Part shown: in pieces, positions 38,297 to 51,000 of the stretch
Numbering within the stretch: the first letter of the stretch is position 1
Layout of the letters: every line of letters begins with the position of its first letter
Assembly (NCBI GenBank): GCA_000004695.1
Contig: CM000152.2
Coordinates: 1,184,001 to 1,248,000, forward strand
Length of the DNA stretch: 64,000 nucleotides
DNA from: Dictyostelium discoideum
Taxonomy: Eukaryota
Direction of reading: 5' to 3'
Program-made: the position numbers and the translations under genes
Notes under the pieces: model-generated
Told to the model about the DNA's origin: nothing
The model's input: the letters and a program-made list of their open reading frames with translations, nothing else
Database searches by the model: none

Positions 38297-38620
38297 ATAA
38301 TAATAATAATATTTATATATACAATTATTCATATTTATATATATATATATATTCATATTATATATATACTTTAACCTTTCAATAATCCATTGTATTATCA
38401 TTAATTTTAGTCTTTTTTTTTGTTTTTTTTTTTTTAAAGAAAAAAAAAAAAAAAAAAAAAAACATAAAGTTTAAATAATAAAATAAAAAGGTACACATTT
38501 TATATAGTTCGAAATTTAATTATTATTTTATTATTATTTTAATTATTATTTTATATTATGTTTATTAATTTATTCTCATCACCCATCATCATTTTTTTTT
38601 CTTTCTTTTTCAGTAACTTA

Positions 38621-40267
38621 TTAATTTTTTGAAATTAAAATTGCAGAAAACATCTTAATTGATGATTCATAGTTATCACTTTTATCTTGAAATATCTTTA
38701 AATCTTCCATATAATTTTCACATGCATAAAAAATTGTATGACAATTTGAAGAACTTTTTGAACCAAAATGAACTGTACGATGATTTAAAATTTCAATTTT
38801 TGGTGGAATGAAACTTTCAATTATAAATGTTGAAATTGATAATCTCTTTATATCATATATCTCTTTTAAAGCATTCCAAATTGTTAAATCTATTCCTTTT
38901 AATTCTTTTCCACTACCAGATGATTCTAATTCGGTAGTAGTGGTATTAGTGGATGAATAAGAATTTTTTAAAATTAATCCAACATTATATAATTTTAAAT
39001 CATCTTTAATTCTATTACTAATATCTTTTATAATTGAATAATTATATCTTTTGATATTATTATAAATATTGTTTTCTTCATTTTCTTCATTTAAATATTT
39101 ATAATAGTTATAATAATCAATTGATTTAATACCTTGAGAAAATTCAATTTCACTTATTGATGGGTTGAAATTCTCTTCACAATAGCCAGTATAAATAGTT
39201 GGATTGATGAATACATTGAATTTTGAAATAAATACTACACCTTTTTCAACTGGATTTATCTTTGAAATACTTTCATTTAAAAAGAATATCCAATTTGAAT
39301 AGTTTGAGTGATATATTTCATGTGAGAAATTATTATTAAATAATAATTTTAATTTATTATTATTATTATTATATTCATTATCTTCTCTTTTTCCACCCCA
39401 AATTGGTAATAATAAAACACCAATTTGAAAATTATTAATTTGATTTTCATTTCTTTCTTTTAAATGATTTACATCATATTCAACACCTTCTTGATAAATT
39501 AAAATCTTATCAAATTCAATTTTGTAATGATCTGAAAAACTTTTTAAAGGTTTATAAATTGGTTCTTTATGATAATCATTTATTCTATTTTTATTAATTT
39601 CATTTGGAAGTTGTTGTTGTTGTTGATTATTATTATTATATGGAGTTGATAATTTTAAAATTAAATTATAATTTGGACTATTTTCATCACCACATGAAAT
39701 ATTGTCAATTAAAATTTGAGATCTTTTAGATCCAAATTTTGATTTAGAATAGGATTCATATTCAATTGGTTTTGTTATTAATAGTGATAATAATTTAGAA
39801 ATTGGTATACATTGTTGATATTGGCCAATGTTTGAATTTGTGAGAACGTATCCTCTATTTCTTCCTAAACCTTCAATAAGATTTGAAATATTATTAAATA
39901 TTTTAAAATAGTCATTACACTTTGTTAAATATTTACCAAGGTTTAATTTATTAACAATGAATAAGTTCCAGCTTTTGCATACTATTTGAATAGAGTTTAC
40001 AAAATCATATAATTCATTATGTGATAATGATTTTAATCTATAATCTAGTATTTTAATTATTAAAATATTTGCTAGTTGAATATTTTCACCTTTTAAATTA
40101 ACAATTGGTAATAAATCTTCATTTTCTTCTTGATCAAATTTTCTTGTCATTGCTGTTATATACTCTGATGATACTTGTCGATTGATTGGATGTGATGGCA
40201 TTTCAAACTGTGTTGAATGGTTTTGAGGAACTATTAATATCGGTTGTAGAGTTTGAAGTAGGTGTGG

Positions 40268-40329
<62 letters not shown>

Positions 40330-40697
40330 GAGATTGTAGTATTTGTGGATGATATTGATTTTGTAGATGATATTGATTTTGTAGATGATATTGGTTTTGT
40401 AGATGATATTGGTTTTGTAGATGATTTTGGTTTTGTATAGGTATATTGGTTTTGTATATGATATTGGTTTTGGATTAAGTTTTGTTGTGGTTGAGGATTG
40501 GGAAGTGCTGGTAGGTATTGTGACGTTTGAAATGATTCAAACATAAAGTTCTGTTCGTTTATTGCTGATGGAAATTGATAAGTTGAGCTTTGGATTTGAT
40601 TATTATTATTATTATTATTATTTCTACTATATGGATGGTAGGAATGATAACCCGTTTCTACTGTATTATTATTGTTTTTATTGTTATTTATACCCAT
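38621..40697 (-). CDS. Hypothetical protein encoded by two abutting minus-strand ORFs (40697..40203 and 40201..38621), probably one gene interrupted by a +1 frameshift or stop.
   Basis: The upstream ORF is Asn/Thr-rich low complexity and ends '...SSKPFNTV' with TGA at 40205-40203. The ATG of the downstream globular ORF ('MPSHPINRQVSSEYITAMTRKFDQEENEDLLP...', 526 aa) lies at 40201-40199. The minus strand therefore reads GTT TGA A ATG CCA. No canonical donor-acceptor pair that would make an intron of at least 60 nt is available. Confidence 0.4.
40263..40327. repeat. (GTT)21 on the plus strand, encoding a poly-Thr (ACA/ACC) tract in the upstream low-complexity ORF on the minus strand.
   Basis: A perfect GTT run, followed by degenerate 'gttttgtagatgatattg' repeats of about 20 nt (5 copies) at 40340-40440. 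Confidence 0.9.
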
Positions 40698-41450
40698 CTG
40701 GGTTGGGGAAAATAAAAAGAATTTGACGATTTTTTTTAAAAAAAAAAAGATATTTTTAAAAAAAAAAAAAAAAAAAGTAAAAAATGATTTATTTTAAATT
40801 TTTTTTTAATATGGATTTAGAATATAAATATAGAATATCAAAAATACCCAAAATGATATAAAATATAAAAAAAATGAATGAAACCATAATGATTTTCCAA
40901 TTATTTGATTTTTAGAATTTAAATATTTACTTTTCATTTTTTGTAATTGTTTTTTTTATTTTGAAGGACAATGATTAGGGAATAAATTTTAGATTTTTAT
41001 GGAAAAAAATTTTTTAATTTGATTTGTTTATTGAATTTATTTATTTTTGATTTTTAAATTAAATCTGGATTATTTTATTTGTTTTTTTTTTCAATACATT
41101 TTATTTTCTTTTTTTTTTTTTTTCATTTTATTTTCATTTTTTAATATTCATCTATTTTATTTTATATTTATTCTTTTTTTATTTTTTTAAAATGCTATAA
41201 AGGGATGATTAAATAAAAAATAAAAATAGAAATAAAATTAAAATAAAATTAAAAAGATTTGGTTTCCTTTTTTTTTTTTTTTTTTTTTTTTTTCCACTTT
41301 TTATTTTTTTTTAAATTTGTTTTTTTAATTTTTTTTTTTTTAATTTTTAAATTTTTTTTTTTTTTTTTGCTCTAAAAAAAAAGATGTTATTATTATAAAT
41401 TGAAACACTATAAAATAAAAAAAAATTAAAATAAAAATAAAATAAAAACA

Positions 41451-42525
41451 ATGTTACCGAATAATAGTCCATTTTCACCTTCATACATAAGTGGTAATAA
41501 TAATAATAATAATAATAATAGCAAAAATGAAAGATCACCACCGCCACCATTACCACCAAAACCACAACAACTCCATATAAATGATTTAGGTAGTACACCC
41601 ATTAAAAAACCAATCAATAATTCATCTATAAACACACCAGATAATAAAAATAAAAATAACAATAATAATAATAATAATAATGAACAAAAACAACAACAAC
41701 AATTTAGTTATAATTCAACACCAGTGTCAACACAAAAAAATAATACTACTACTACCACCTCAACAACAGCGACACCATCACCATCTGGATCGAAACCTTC
41801 TCTAATTAAACCACGTACTCCATCATCTATTTTTAATAATTCTAGTATTAATAGCATGAATGGTAGTAAATACAATAATTTAAATTTTAATAATAATAAT
41901 AATAATAATATACCTTCATCAGCGCAACCAAGTAATATTGGTGAAGTTATACTTGAAGAATTAGTTCCAACTAATGATTCTGACTATAGCAATAAGAATA
42001 ATTTTCCTTCTTCACCATTAACACCTGCTAATGGAATGAGAAGTACTTCTAAAACACCTCGTAGGTGGAGGTTAGTACCTGCAAATTGCACTTGTTTACT
42101 GGTATGTAATTTTAATTTTAATCAATTATTGTACATAGTATATTCTTTACCATATACCAATCTTTGTAACTACTAACAATTATTATTATTATTATTTATA
42201 ATAATAGCATGAAAATAATTTAAATAGTAGTGCAAATACTAATGCAAACAACAACAACAACAACAGCAGCAGCAATAATAATAACAACAACAACAGCAAT
42301 AATAACAACAATTCATCAAGCTTTTGTCCTAGATGTAGTCAACAAATAAATAGTGATGATAATAATAATAACAATTCAAATTTTGGTAATTTAGATGAAG
42401 CATTTAAATCAAATTATAGCGTTAATAGTAGAAATAATTCAAATATAAATAATAATAATAATAACTTTAATAACAGTGGTGGTACAGGTTTGAATGGACT
42501 TAATAATAGTAGTAGTAGTAAAAAC

Positions 42526-42573
<48 letters not shown>

Positions 42574-43075
42574 TTGAATGGTGGATTTAATAGGTCATCA
42601 TCAACAACAACAACTACCACAGCCAATAATTTTTCATATCATACCCCATTAAAAAAGGTAACGTATAAAGTTGAATGTACTGGTGATTTTGAAAGAGAAC
42701 TTGATCTTTTAAAGAATGAAGTTAGTGAATTGGAAGATGAATTTGGTTTATTAAAATTAAACTCTTCATTAAATAAAAGTCATGGTCCAATTACTACAAA
42801 TTCAACTTCAATTTTAAATGATTATAATAATCTACACAACCATCAACAACAACAACAACAACACCACCACAATAATCAAAATAATCATAATAATAATAAT
42901 AATAATAGTCATAGTGGTATTAATACTAATAGTACTGATAATAGTACTAATATACCATTTAATAGAACATCATCTACTTCTTCCACTTCAAAATCACCAT
43001 TTTTTTCAAATTATACCTCATCATATTCAATTCCAAATAATAAACTACAACAACAACAACAACAACAAAAAGGTG

Positions 43076-43154
<79 letters not shown>

Positions 43155-44665
43155 TGAAGATAAAGTTCAAGAAGTTGAAAAAGATGATGAAAATAAAATT
43201 AAAAAATTTACAATAAATAAACCATATCAATATGAATTTAAAAGTAATGGAACATCAAGTAAAAATAATTTATTAGAACAAATTAGTAATTTAATTGATG
43301 ATTTAGAAAAGGAAAAGAATGAATCAGCAACTATTAAACAAGAGAGGAATGAATTTGAAAGATTAATGAAAGAACTTGAGAAAACTTTAGCATTAAAAGA
43401 GAGAGACATTACTTCTATCAAACAATTGAATCTACAAATTGAACAACAATTGATAGAGAAAGAGAAAAGTACAATTCAACTATTGAATCAATTGAAACAG
43501 TATCAAAATGAATTGATAGAGAAAGCAGTGGATTTAGAGACATTGAAAGAATTGGAGGTTGAAATTTACTCTATTAAAAATCAATACAATGAAAAGATTA
43601 ATGAACTATCTGAAAAGAATCAGCTATTACATCAAAATGAAAAGGAGATTCAACAATTGAATAATAACATCCAAAGGATGAGACTAGAGTTAACCAATCA
43701 AGAGAAAGCCGAGCAATTACTATTGGAAATTGGCAAACTAAAGAAATACATCACCGATTTAGAACATTCCTCAAAAACACTTTTAGAAAATGAATTTTTA
43801 AAATACCAATCACTAAAACAGCAATCAGACTCTGAGAAACAAAGATCAAATGATACAATCAGTCGATTGGAGCTAACAGTCGCTCAAAGGGAGAAACAAA
43901 TTCAACTATTAGAGAATGAAAAAATTGGTAAGATTTTAATTGATAAATTAGAATTTGATCAATTGAATCAAGAGATGACTTTAGCATTACAACATCTCTC
44001 TGAATTGGATATTGATCATAATCAATTGAAACATGATTATAATACTTCACAAGAACAACTTAATCAATTACATTTAGATAATCAACAAATTAATCAACAA
44101 TTATTAGATCAAAAGAAATTAATTAATCGTTTAAAATCTGAAAATGATGATATGAAGGAAAGATTATCAAAAGTTCATTTCATAGTTCAAGATTCTCCAA
44201 AAAAACAATTATCACAACATCAATTAAATCAAATTTATCAAACTCCTTATAGATCTTTAAATTTTTCAAATTCACCTTTAAATAATAATTCTAATAATAG
44301 TAATATTGATAATAAAATAAATCAATTATCTTCCTCTTCTTCCTCCTCATCACCAACAAATATTAATACTAATAGTAATAGTGGTAATAGTGGTGTTAGT
44401 GGTGGTATTAATAATTTAGATAATACCAATAACAATACCAATAATAATACCAATAATAATAGTATTAAAGTATTAAATTTTAAAGAATCACAATCAACTT
44501 CTGAAAGTATTTTCAATTCAGTATTATCAGAACATTCTACTATTTCAAATGATGATAATAATAATAATAATAGTAGTAATAATAATGATAGTAATAATTC
44601 AATTAACCAATCATTAACTCCAATTACTCCAATGTCTTTACCAAAATTAAATGGATTTTTAAATC

Positions 44666-44741
<76 letters not shown>

Positions 44742-45450
44742 TAAAAATAATAATAATAGTATCACTTTTAATATTCAAAATGATGTAAATAAAACTCAAA
44801 AACAAAATGAAGATTCAATCGTCAAAAATACAGAATATCAAATTCAACATGATGTAGATCAAAATGGTATTCATGAAAATGATAACAATCATAACAATCA
44901 TGATAATGATAACAATGATGACAATGATAACAATGATGACAATGATGATCATTTTGTTTCTGAAGAAGACTATCGTAAATATATAAATAGTGATTCAAAT
45001 CAACAAGATGAAGAATATGAACAAGAATATGACCAACAACTTTATCAACAAGATTATCAACAAGAATATGAACAAGAATATGACCAACAACAAGAAGGAG
45101 AAGAACAAGAAGAACAAGAAGAACAAGAACAAGAAGAACAACAAGAAGAAGAACAAGAACAAGAGGAGGAACAATTAGAATATAATCACAATCATGATGG
45201 TAATGAAGAACAGGAAAATTATCACAATAACCAAGATGATGAAGATGATTATATCAGTGAAGAACAAGATGATTGGAATAATAGCCTCAATTCAAAAAGT
45301 AGTAGTAGATTAAATGGTATACGAAGAAGAGATGATGATGATGATAAAGATAATGATAAAACTCTTGATGATGAATATTTTAATGACAAAGATTTTGAAA
45401 TTAATGTTGACGAGGAAAAAGATGAAGAAAAAGACGACCGAGGTTTATAA
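41451..45450 (+). CDS. Large Asn/Gln-rich coiled-coil protein with an acidic C-terminus, function unknown. Exons 41451..42101 and 42208..45450.
   Basis: Exon 1 is 'MLPNNSPFSP...SPPPPLPPKPQQ...ANCTCLL' with donor CTG|GTATGT at 42102. The intron holds 'aactactaacaa' and the acceptor aatAG at 42207. Exon 2 is in phase 0 and stays in frame through the track ORF 42490..45450, whose listed start is a TTG codon. Residues encoded around 43200-44200 are heptad-rich ('LLEQISNLIDDLEKEKNESATIKQERNEFERLMKELEK...'). Confidence 0.55.
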
Positions 45451-45631
45451 ATTATTTTTTTTTTTTTAAAAGGAAAAAAAAACCCTCAAAGAAAACCTCT
45501 AAAAAAAAAAATATATCAAAAAAAAAATATAAAAAATAAAAAAAAAAAACAGTTTTGTTGTACAATTAATATCTCCAATCAATCACGAAATTTCTCACCA
45601 AACGAGATTTTTATTAAAGTCGGTTGGACAA

Positions 45632-45663
<32 letters not shown>

Positions 45664-45697
45664 TCATATCCATATCTTGGCCAAAAATTTAGGGAAA

Positions 45698-45917
45698 AAT
45701 GATTGGTTTGAAAAAAATCCACACATGGTTTAAAAAAAAAAAAAAAATAAAAAATAAATAAAAAATAAAAAAAAATAACAAAATAAAATATCCTAATCAA
45801 ATGATTGGTTTGAAAAAAGTCCACACATGGTTTTAAAAAAAAAAATAATTTTTAATGTCTAAAGTAGGTACATAATACTTTTTTTCTTTTTTTTTTAAAC
45901 CATGTGTGGACTTTAAT
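45698..45917. repeat. Direct plus inverted repeat cluster of the element 'AATGATTGGTTTGAAAAAA(A/G)TCCACACATGGTTT'.
   Basis: Copy A lies at about 45698-45733 and copy B at about 45791-45826 (direct orientation, one A/G difference). Its reverse complement 'AAACCATGTGTGGACTTT' lies at 45897-45914. Copy B and the inverted copy are separated by about 70 nt of A/T-rich spacer, so they could form an 18-bp perfect stem. Confidence 0.85.
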
Positions 45918-46142
45918 AAAAAAGGCTTTTTAGTTTAATTTTTTTTATTTTTTTTTTAATTTAAATTTTATTTTTATTATCCTTTTTTATAAAAAAAAAA
46001 AAAAAAAAAAAGTAAAGAAAGTAAAAAAAGTATTTTTTAGTAAAGAAACTTTTTTTTACTTTTTTTACTTTTTTTACTTTTTTTTTTACTTTTTTTTTTT
46101 ATTTTAAAATAAATACTTAAATAAATATAAATAATTTTAAAA

Positions 46143-46578
46143 ATGGTTAATAATGATAGAGAGTTATTTTTAAATATAGTTTGGAAAAGAGTAAGAGAAA
46201 AAAAAAAGAAAAAAAATAATAATAAAAAAAAAGAAAAAAAAAAATAATAATTTAACAATTAAACTCAAATTTATTTTTTTATTTATTTTCTTTTATTTTT
46301 TGTCTCTCCCTTATTTTTGTTTTTTTTAGATACATGAAATAACAAAAGAAATATCTATAATTGCTGATAATTTAAGTAAAACAGAAATTTCAAAAGAGGA
46401 AAGGGATTTTTTAAAAAATAATATAACAGAATATGCAAATCAATTAAACAACTACTTAAAAATGGTTGATATTTTAATTAATAATTCAAATGAAAATAAT
46501 TTTCCAAACGAATTATATCAAGAAATTTCATTCAACAAAATTTGCCAAGAAAAGAGTGAATATCGAGTTGGGGAATAA
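46143..46578 (+). CDS. Small hypothetical protein of about 98 aa. Exons 46143..46190 and 46330..46578.
   Basis: 'MVNNDRELFLNIVWKR' is followed by donor GTAAGA at 46191 and acceptor tttAG at 46329. It continues 'IHEITKEISIIADNLSKTEISKEERDFLKNNITEYANQLNNYLKMVDILINNSNENNFPNELYQEISFNKICQEKSEYRVGE'. No recognisable domain. Confidence 0.4.
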
Positions 46579-46873
46579 TAATATTTTATTGTTTAAAAAG
46601 TGAGAATTCCAATAATTTGGGAAAAAAAAAAATTATTTGTGAAAAAAAATCAAGCAAAAAAAAAAAAAAAAAAAAAAAAATATATATATATAAAATATAT
46701 TATATTTTAATTAATATAATAGTAATAGTAATTTGTATCATTAGTCTAAAAAAAAAAGAAAAAAAAAAGAAAATAAAAATAAAAATAAATTATTTTCGTT
46801 GTTATCCCGAAAAAATAAGACTTTTATTTTTTTTTTTTACTTTTTAGCCAAGAGTCTTTTTTTTCATTAATTT

Positions 46874-46904
<31 letters not shown>

Positions 46905-46924
46905 CAATCAAAACCAATTAATAA

Positions 46925-47362
46925 ATGAAACCAAATGTATTCTTATTTTTAGCTTTAATTTCAATATTATTATTCTTTAAAATTGCTTCATCTTTAGAGA
47001 TGGAGATGCAGATCACATGTAACCCAAATTGCTCTGGTACCACAGCATCTTTTAATACGACCACAGGTATGAATCTTCTTTTAAAAATTTTTTTTTTTTT
47101 TTCTTTTTTTTTAGTTTTTTATTTTTTATTTCTTTTTCATTATTAATTAATTATTTGAATAAAAAAAGGTTGCACATCTGCATCTGATTTTTGTACAAGA
47201 TTACCTCTTTACAACTATATCCATGCATATACATCATCAATTTCTGTTCAATTATTTACAGATATGAATTGTCAACAACCAGCATCAACCGCCTTTACTA
47301 TTCAATGTAATCAATGTACGATCATTGGACCAATGCATTATACATTATTAACATGTATTTAA
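46925..47362 (+). CDS. Small secreted cysteine-rich protein of about 112 aa with 8 Cys. Exons 46925..47066 and 47169..47362.
   Basis: The signal peptide is 'MKPNVFLFLALISILLFFKIASS'. The mature part reads 'LEMEMQITCNPNCSGTTASFNTTTG|CTSASDFCTRLPLYNYIHAYTSSISVQLFTDMNCQQPASTAFTIQCNQCTIIGPMHYTLLTCI'. Donor ACAG|GTATGA is at 47067 (phase 1) and acceptor aaaAG at 47168. Confidence 0.5.
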
Positions 47363-48002
47363 AAAAAAAAAAAAAAAGTTGTATTTCTATATATAAAATT
47401 TTTTTTTTTTTTATCAAATAAAAAATTAAATTGGATTTTCATAGTTTCAATTATCAAAACCAATATATAAATAAATTTTGTTAAAATTTTAATGGTTTTT
47501 TTTATTATTTTAAATGTGGAAAGTTCTTATTTAATGGAAAATAATAAATAAATAAATGAATCATTTTTTTACTTTTTTTTATTCTCCACAAGTATTCAAA
47601 AAACTCTATATTTTAAAATTTCTAAAGAAAAAGCAAAAGAAAATAATTTTTTTGGACAGTTAAGGAATTTTAACTCCCCAAATTTCAAATTGGAAGCTCA
47701 AAAGCTGAATTAAAATAAAAAATGATAAAATTTTTCAACTTGCCACTTTTTAAATTTCATAAATTCTCAAGACTATTTTCAAGACTGAAAAATATTCCCA
47801 AATAAGGACTAACACAAAGGAAATGAATATTTAGGAATATTAATATCATTAAAAAAACAATGATTATACTGAAAGTGATAAACAATGAATTAAAAAATCT
47901 TATAAATTGAAAAACAGTAAGATTATGGTTTACCAAATGGTTTTTTTTTTTACTAAGTTTTTTTTTTTTTTTTTTTATTATTTCTTTTTTAAAAAAATTT
48001 GT

Positions 48003-51000
48003 TTATTGAATTTTATAAACTGTTTTCATGAATTTTAATAATTGAATATCTTGTTTTGTTAAATCTTCAGACCAACCTTCTTTAAGAGCATCCAAAGATT
48101 CACGAGTGATTTTAGACATCCATTGTTTTTTATCATCAAAGTGTCTGTAAATTGTAGTTTTAGTGTTGTTATCATCGATGGCAACAGAGACGACATCATC
48201 TTTTTTGGCGAGGGTAACATCTTTTTCGTTGAGTTTAATACCAATGACTTTACCAACATCAGCGCAATTTGATTCTGGTACACAAATTGGAGTACCAATA
48301 CGAAGAGTACCTTCTTTAACACGAACACCAACAAGAATTGGATTTGAATTTCTGAAAACGTTAGTAACCTCCAAAATACATGGCCAAACACAGATACTAG
48401 CGGTTTCAGCACGAAGTTTCTCTTTGATAGCACCGAAATGTTTCTTTAATTTCTCCTCGAATAAATAGATTGTCTCATCAGAGAGAACTTGAACTTTCAT
48501 TTCATTGGCGGCTTGAATGGCAGATTCTTCAATCTTTACATCGAAAGCCAAGAGAATTGCGTATTTTGGATCCTTATCTAACATGATACTTGCGTTCATA
48601 ATGTGTTTCTTGTGAACTGGACCAATGGCGACATTGGCGACTGGAATCTTGATCTTTTTGAGGAAATTTAAAAAGGCTTCCAAAGAACCAAGAGTAGAGG
48701 CTTGAACAGACACACCAATACCAGAGGTTTCGACATCATTGAGTACAGAATCGACTTCACGTTTAGCTTCGGCTCTAATCTTTTCGATATCGTCATTTGG
48801 ACCAACGACATGAAGTGAAGTACCTGGAACAGCTTTTTCAAGGCCTGGTGCAACGATTTTAATACCCATGGCAGCACGAATACTCTTATGATTGATGAAT
48901 TGTGATTTAACACGAGATTCACGAAGTGGTGGTGGAGTGAGTAAAGAACGAATAGAAGTTTCAATTGGACCATTGAAACCGGATACTACAATCTTATCAC
49001 CTTCATTCAAAGTACCATTTACCAAGACAACATCAATGGTTGTACCAAAACCTTCGATGACTTTAACTTCCAAGAGTGTACATTGGAGTTGATTTGTGAA
49101 TTCTACTTTATCAAGCATTAACTTTTGCATCAATTGAATGACTACCAACATTAAATCTGAAATACCTTCACCAGTGTTGGCAGAGGTTGGTACGAGAGAA
49201 ACGTATTTTCTATGATCTTTATTACGCCAGTAGAGTTCAGCATTCAATTCTTGACCGGCCAAAGCTGCAATGATATCCTTAACTTTGTAATCAAATTCTT
49301 GAGCAGCAGATTTTGATTGAATCTTGTAGGCTTCTTTAAAGTCTGTATTTACACATGGCTTCCAATCGTAAATTCTATCGACTTTATTTAAGGCAACAAT
49401 GAATGGTGTTTTTCTCATACGTAAGAGATTGATGGACTCTAAGGTTTGAGCTTGTAAACCATGCATAATATCAATGACTAAAATTGCCAAATCACAAAGA
49501 CCTGAACCTCTTGAACGTAAATTGTTGAAAGATTCATGACCTGGTGTATCAATGAGTAAGAGACCTGGTAATTTAAAGTCCATTTTAATCTTTTCAGCAA
49601 ATGATTTGGTTTGTTCTTTAATTGCATCGACTGGAATAAAAGAGGCACCAATTTGTTGGGTGATACCACGTGCTTCACCACCTTGAACGTTGGTATTACG
49701 AATTTTATCCAAAAGACTTGTCTTACCTGTATCGACATGACCTAAAATACAAATGATTGGTGAACGATATGATTTATCTGCAAAGGTTGTAGTTGGATCT
49801 GTAGTTGGAATGAGTGCTGCTGCGGCTGCTGCTGCGGCTGCTTTTGCTTTCTTCTTTTCCTCTTTTGCTGCTAATCTCTGTGCTTCCTCTTCCTCCTCTT
49901 TTCTCTTGGCCTCCTCTTCCTTCTTCTTTTGAATCTCTTCAACGGTTTCATAATCATCATTATCCCAACTATCCATAACCTCAACTACGTCGTCCTTTGG
50001 TGCTGATGTTGGTTCTTCAATCTTTAATTTTTCGACTGATTCTGTAATACTTGAGACTTGATTTTGTTTTTTACCTCCACTCTTTGTTTTATTTGTTGAT
50101 TTTTCTTTCTTTTCACCGACTGCTGAAATGTTTACACCCAATTTTGCTAATTTTGCCATTCTATCAGCTTCGGCGGCTGCGCCAGCTTGTTTCTCTTTCT
50201 TTTCTGCTCTCTTTTTAGAGTTTTCAATTGACTTTAATCTTGCTTTTTCATCATCAATAATCTTTTGTTCAGCAGCACGTTTCTTCTCTTCCTCTTCTCT
50301 TATACGTTTTTCCTCCTTTTCACGTGCAATTCTTTCTTCTTCTTGTCTTTGTTTTAATAAAAATCCACTCAATACCTCTGGTTCCTCTGGTTTCTTTGGT
50401 GCTGGTTTTTTAGCTTGTTGTTTTGCTGCTGATGGTTTTGCTGCTGGTGGTTTTTTGGCATTATTTTTTTTATTATTATTATTTTGTGTTGGTTTGGTTG
50501 GTTTCTCTTCTTCCTCTGATGATGATGATTCTTCTTCACTTTCAGAAGATGATTCAACAGCTGCTGCTTTTTTAGCTGGTGCTTTTTTATTTTGTTTTGC
50601 AGCTGGTTTTGATGGTTTCTTTTTTGTGTCCTCTTCAGATGATGATTCTTCAGATTCTGATTCACTCTCTTCTGATGATGATTCTACAACTGGTTTCTTT
50701 TTATTATTATTATTATTGGTTGGTGCTACTTTCTTTGATTGTTTTGCAGCTGGTTTTGATGGTTTCTTTTTAGTATCTTCTTCAGATGATTCTTCAGATT
50801 CTGATTCACTCTCTTCTTCTTCTGATGATGATGATTCTACAACTGGTTTCTTTTTATTATTGGTTGGTGCTACCTTTTTTGATTGTTTAGCAGCTGGTTT
50901 TGATGGTTTCTTTTGAACTTCTTCTTCAGATGATGATTCTTCAGATTCTGATGATGATTCATCTACTGGTGCAAATTTAGAAGTTGGTTTTTTTTTTGAA

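Noticed and set aside
48059-50916. Plus- and minus-strand ORFs overlapping eIF5B (48059..48433, 48163..48468, 48668..48973, 48892..49092, 49478..49738, 50128..50916, 50369..50665, 50579..50773).
   Set aside because: These are shadow frames of the 1045-aa eIF5B ORF. The 262-aa plus-strand ORF is produced by the low-complexity acidic repeats read in antisense.
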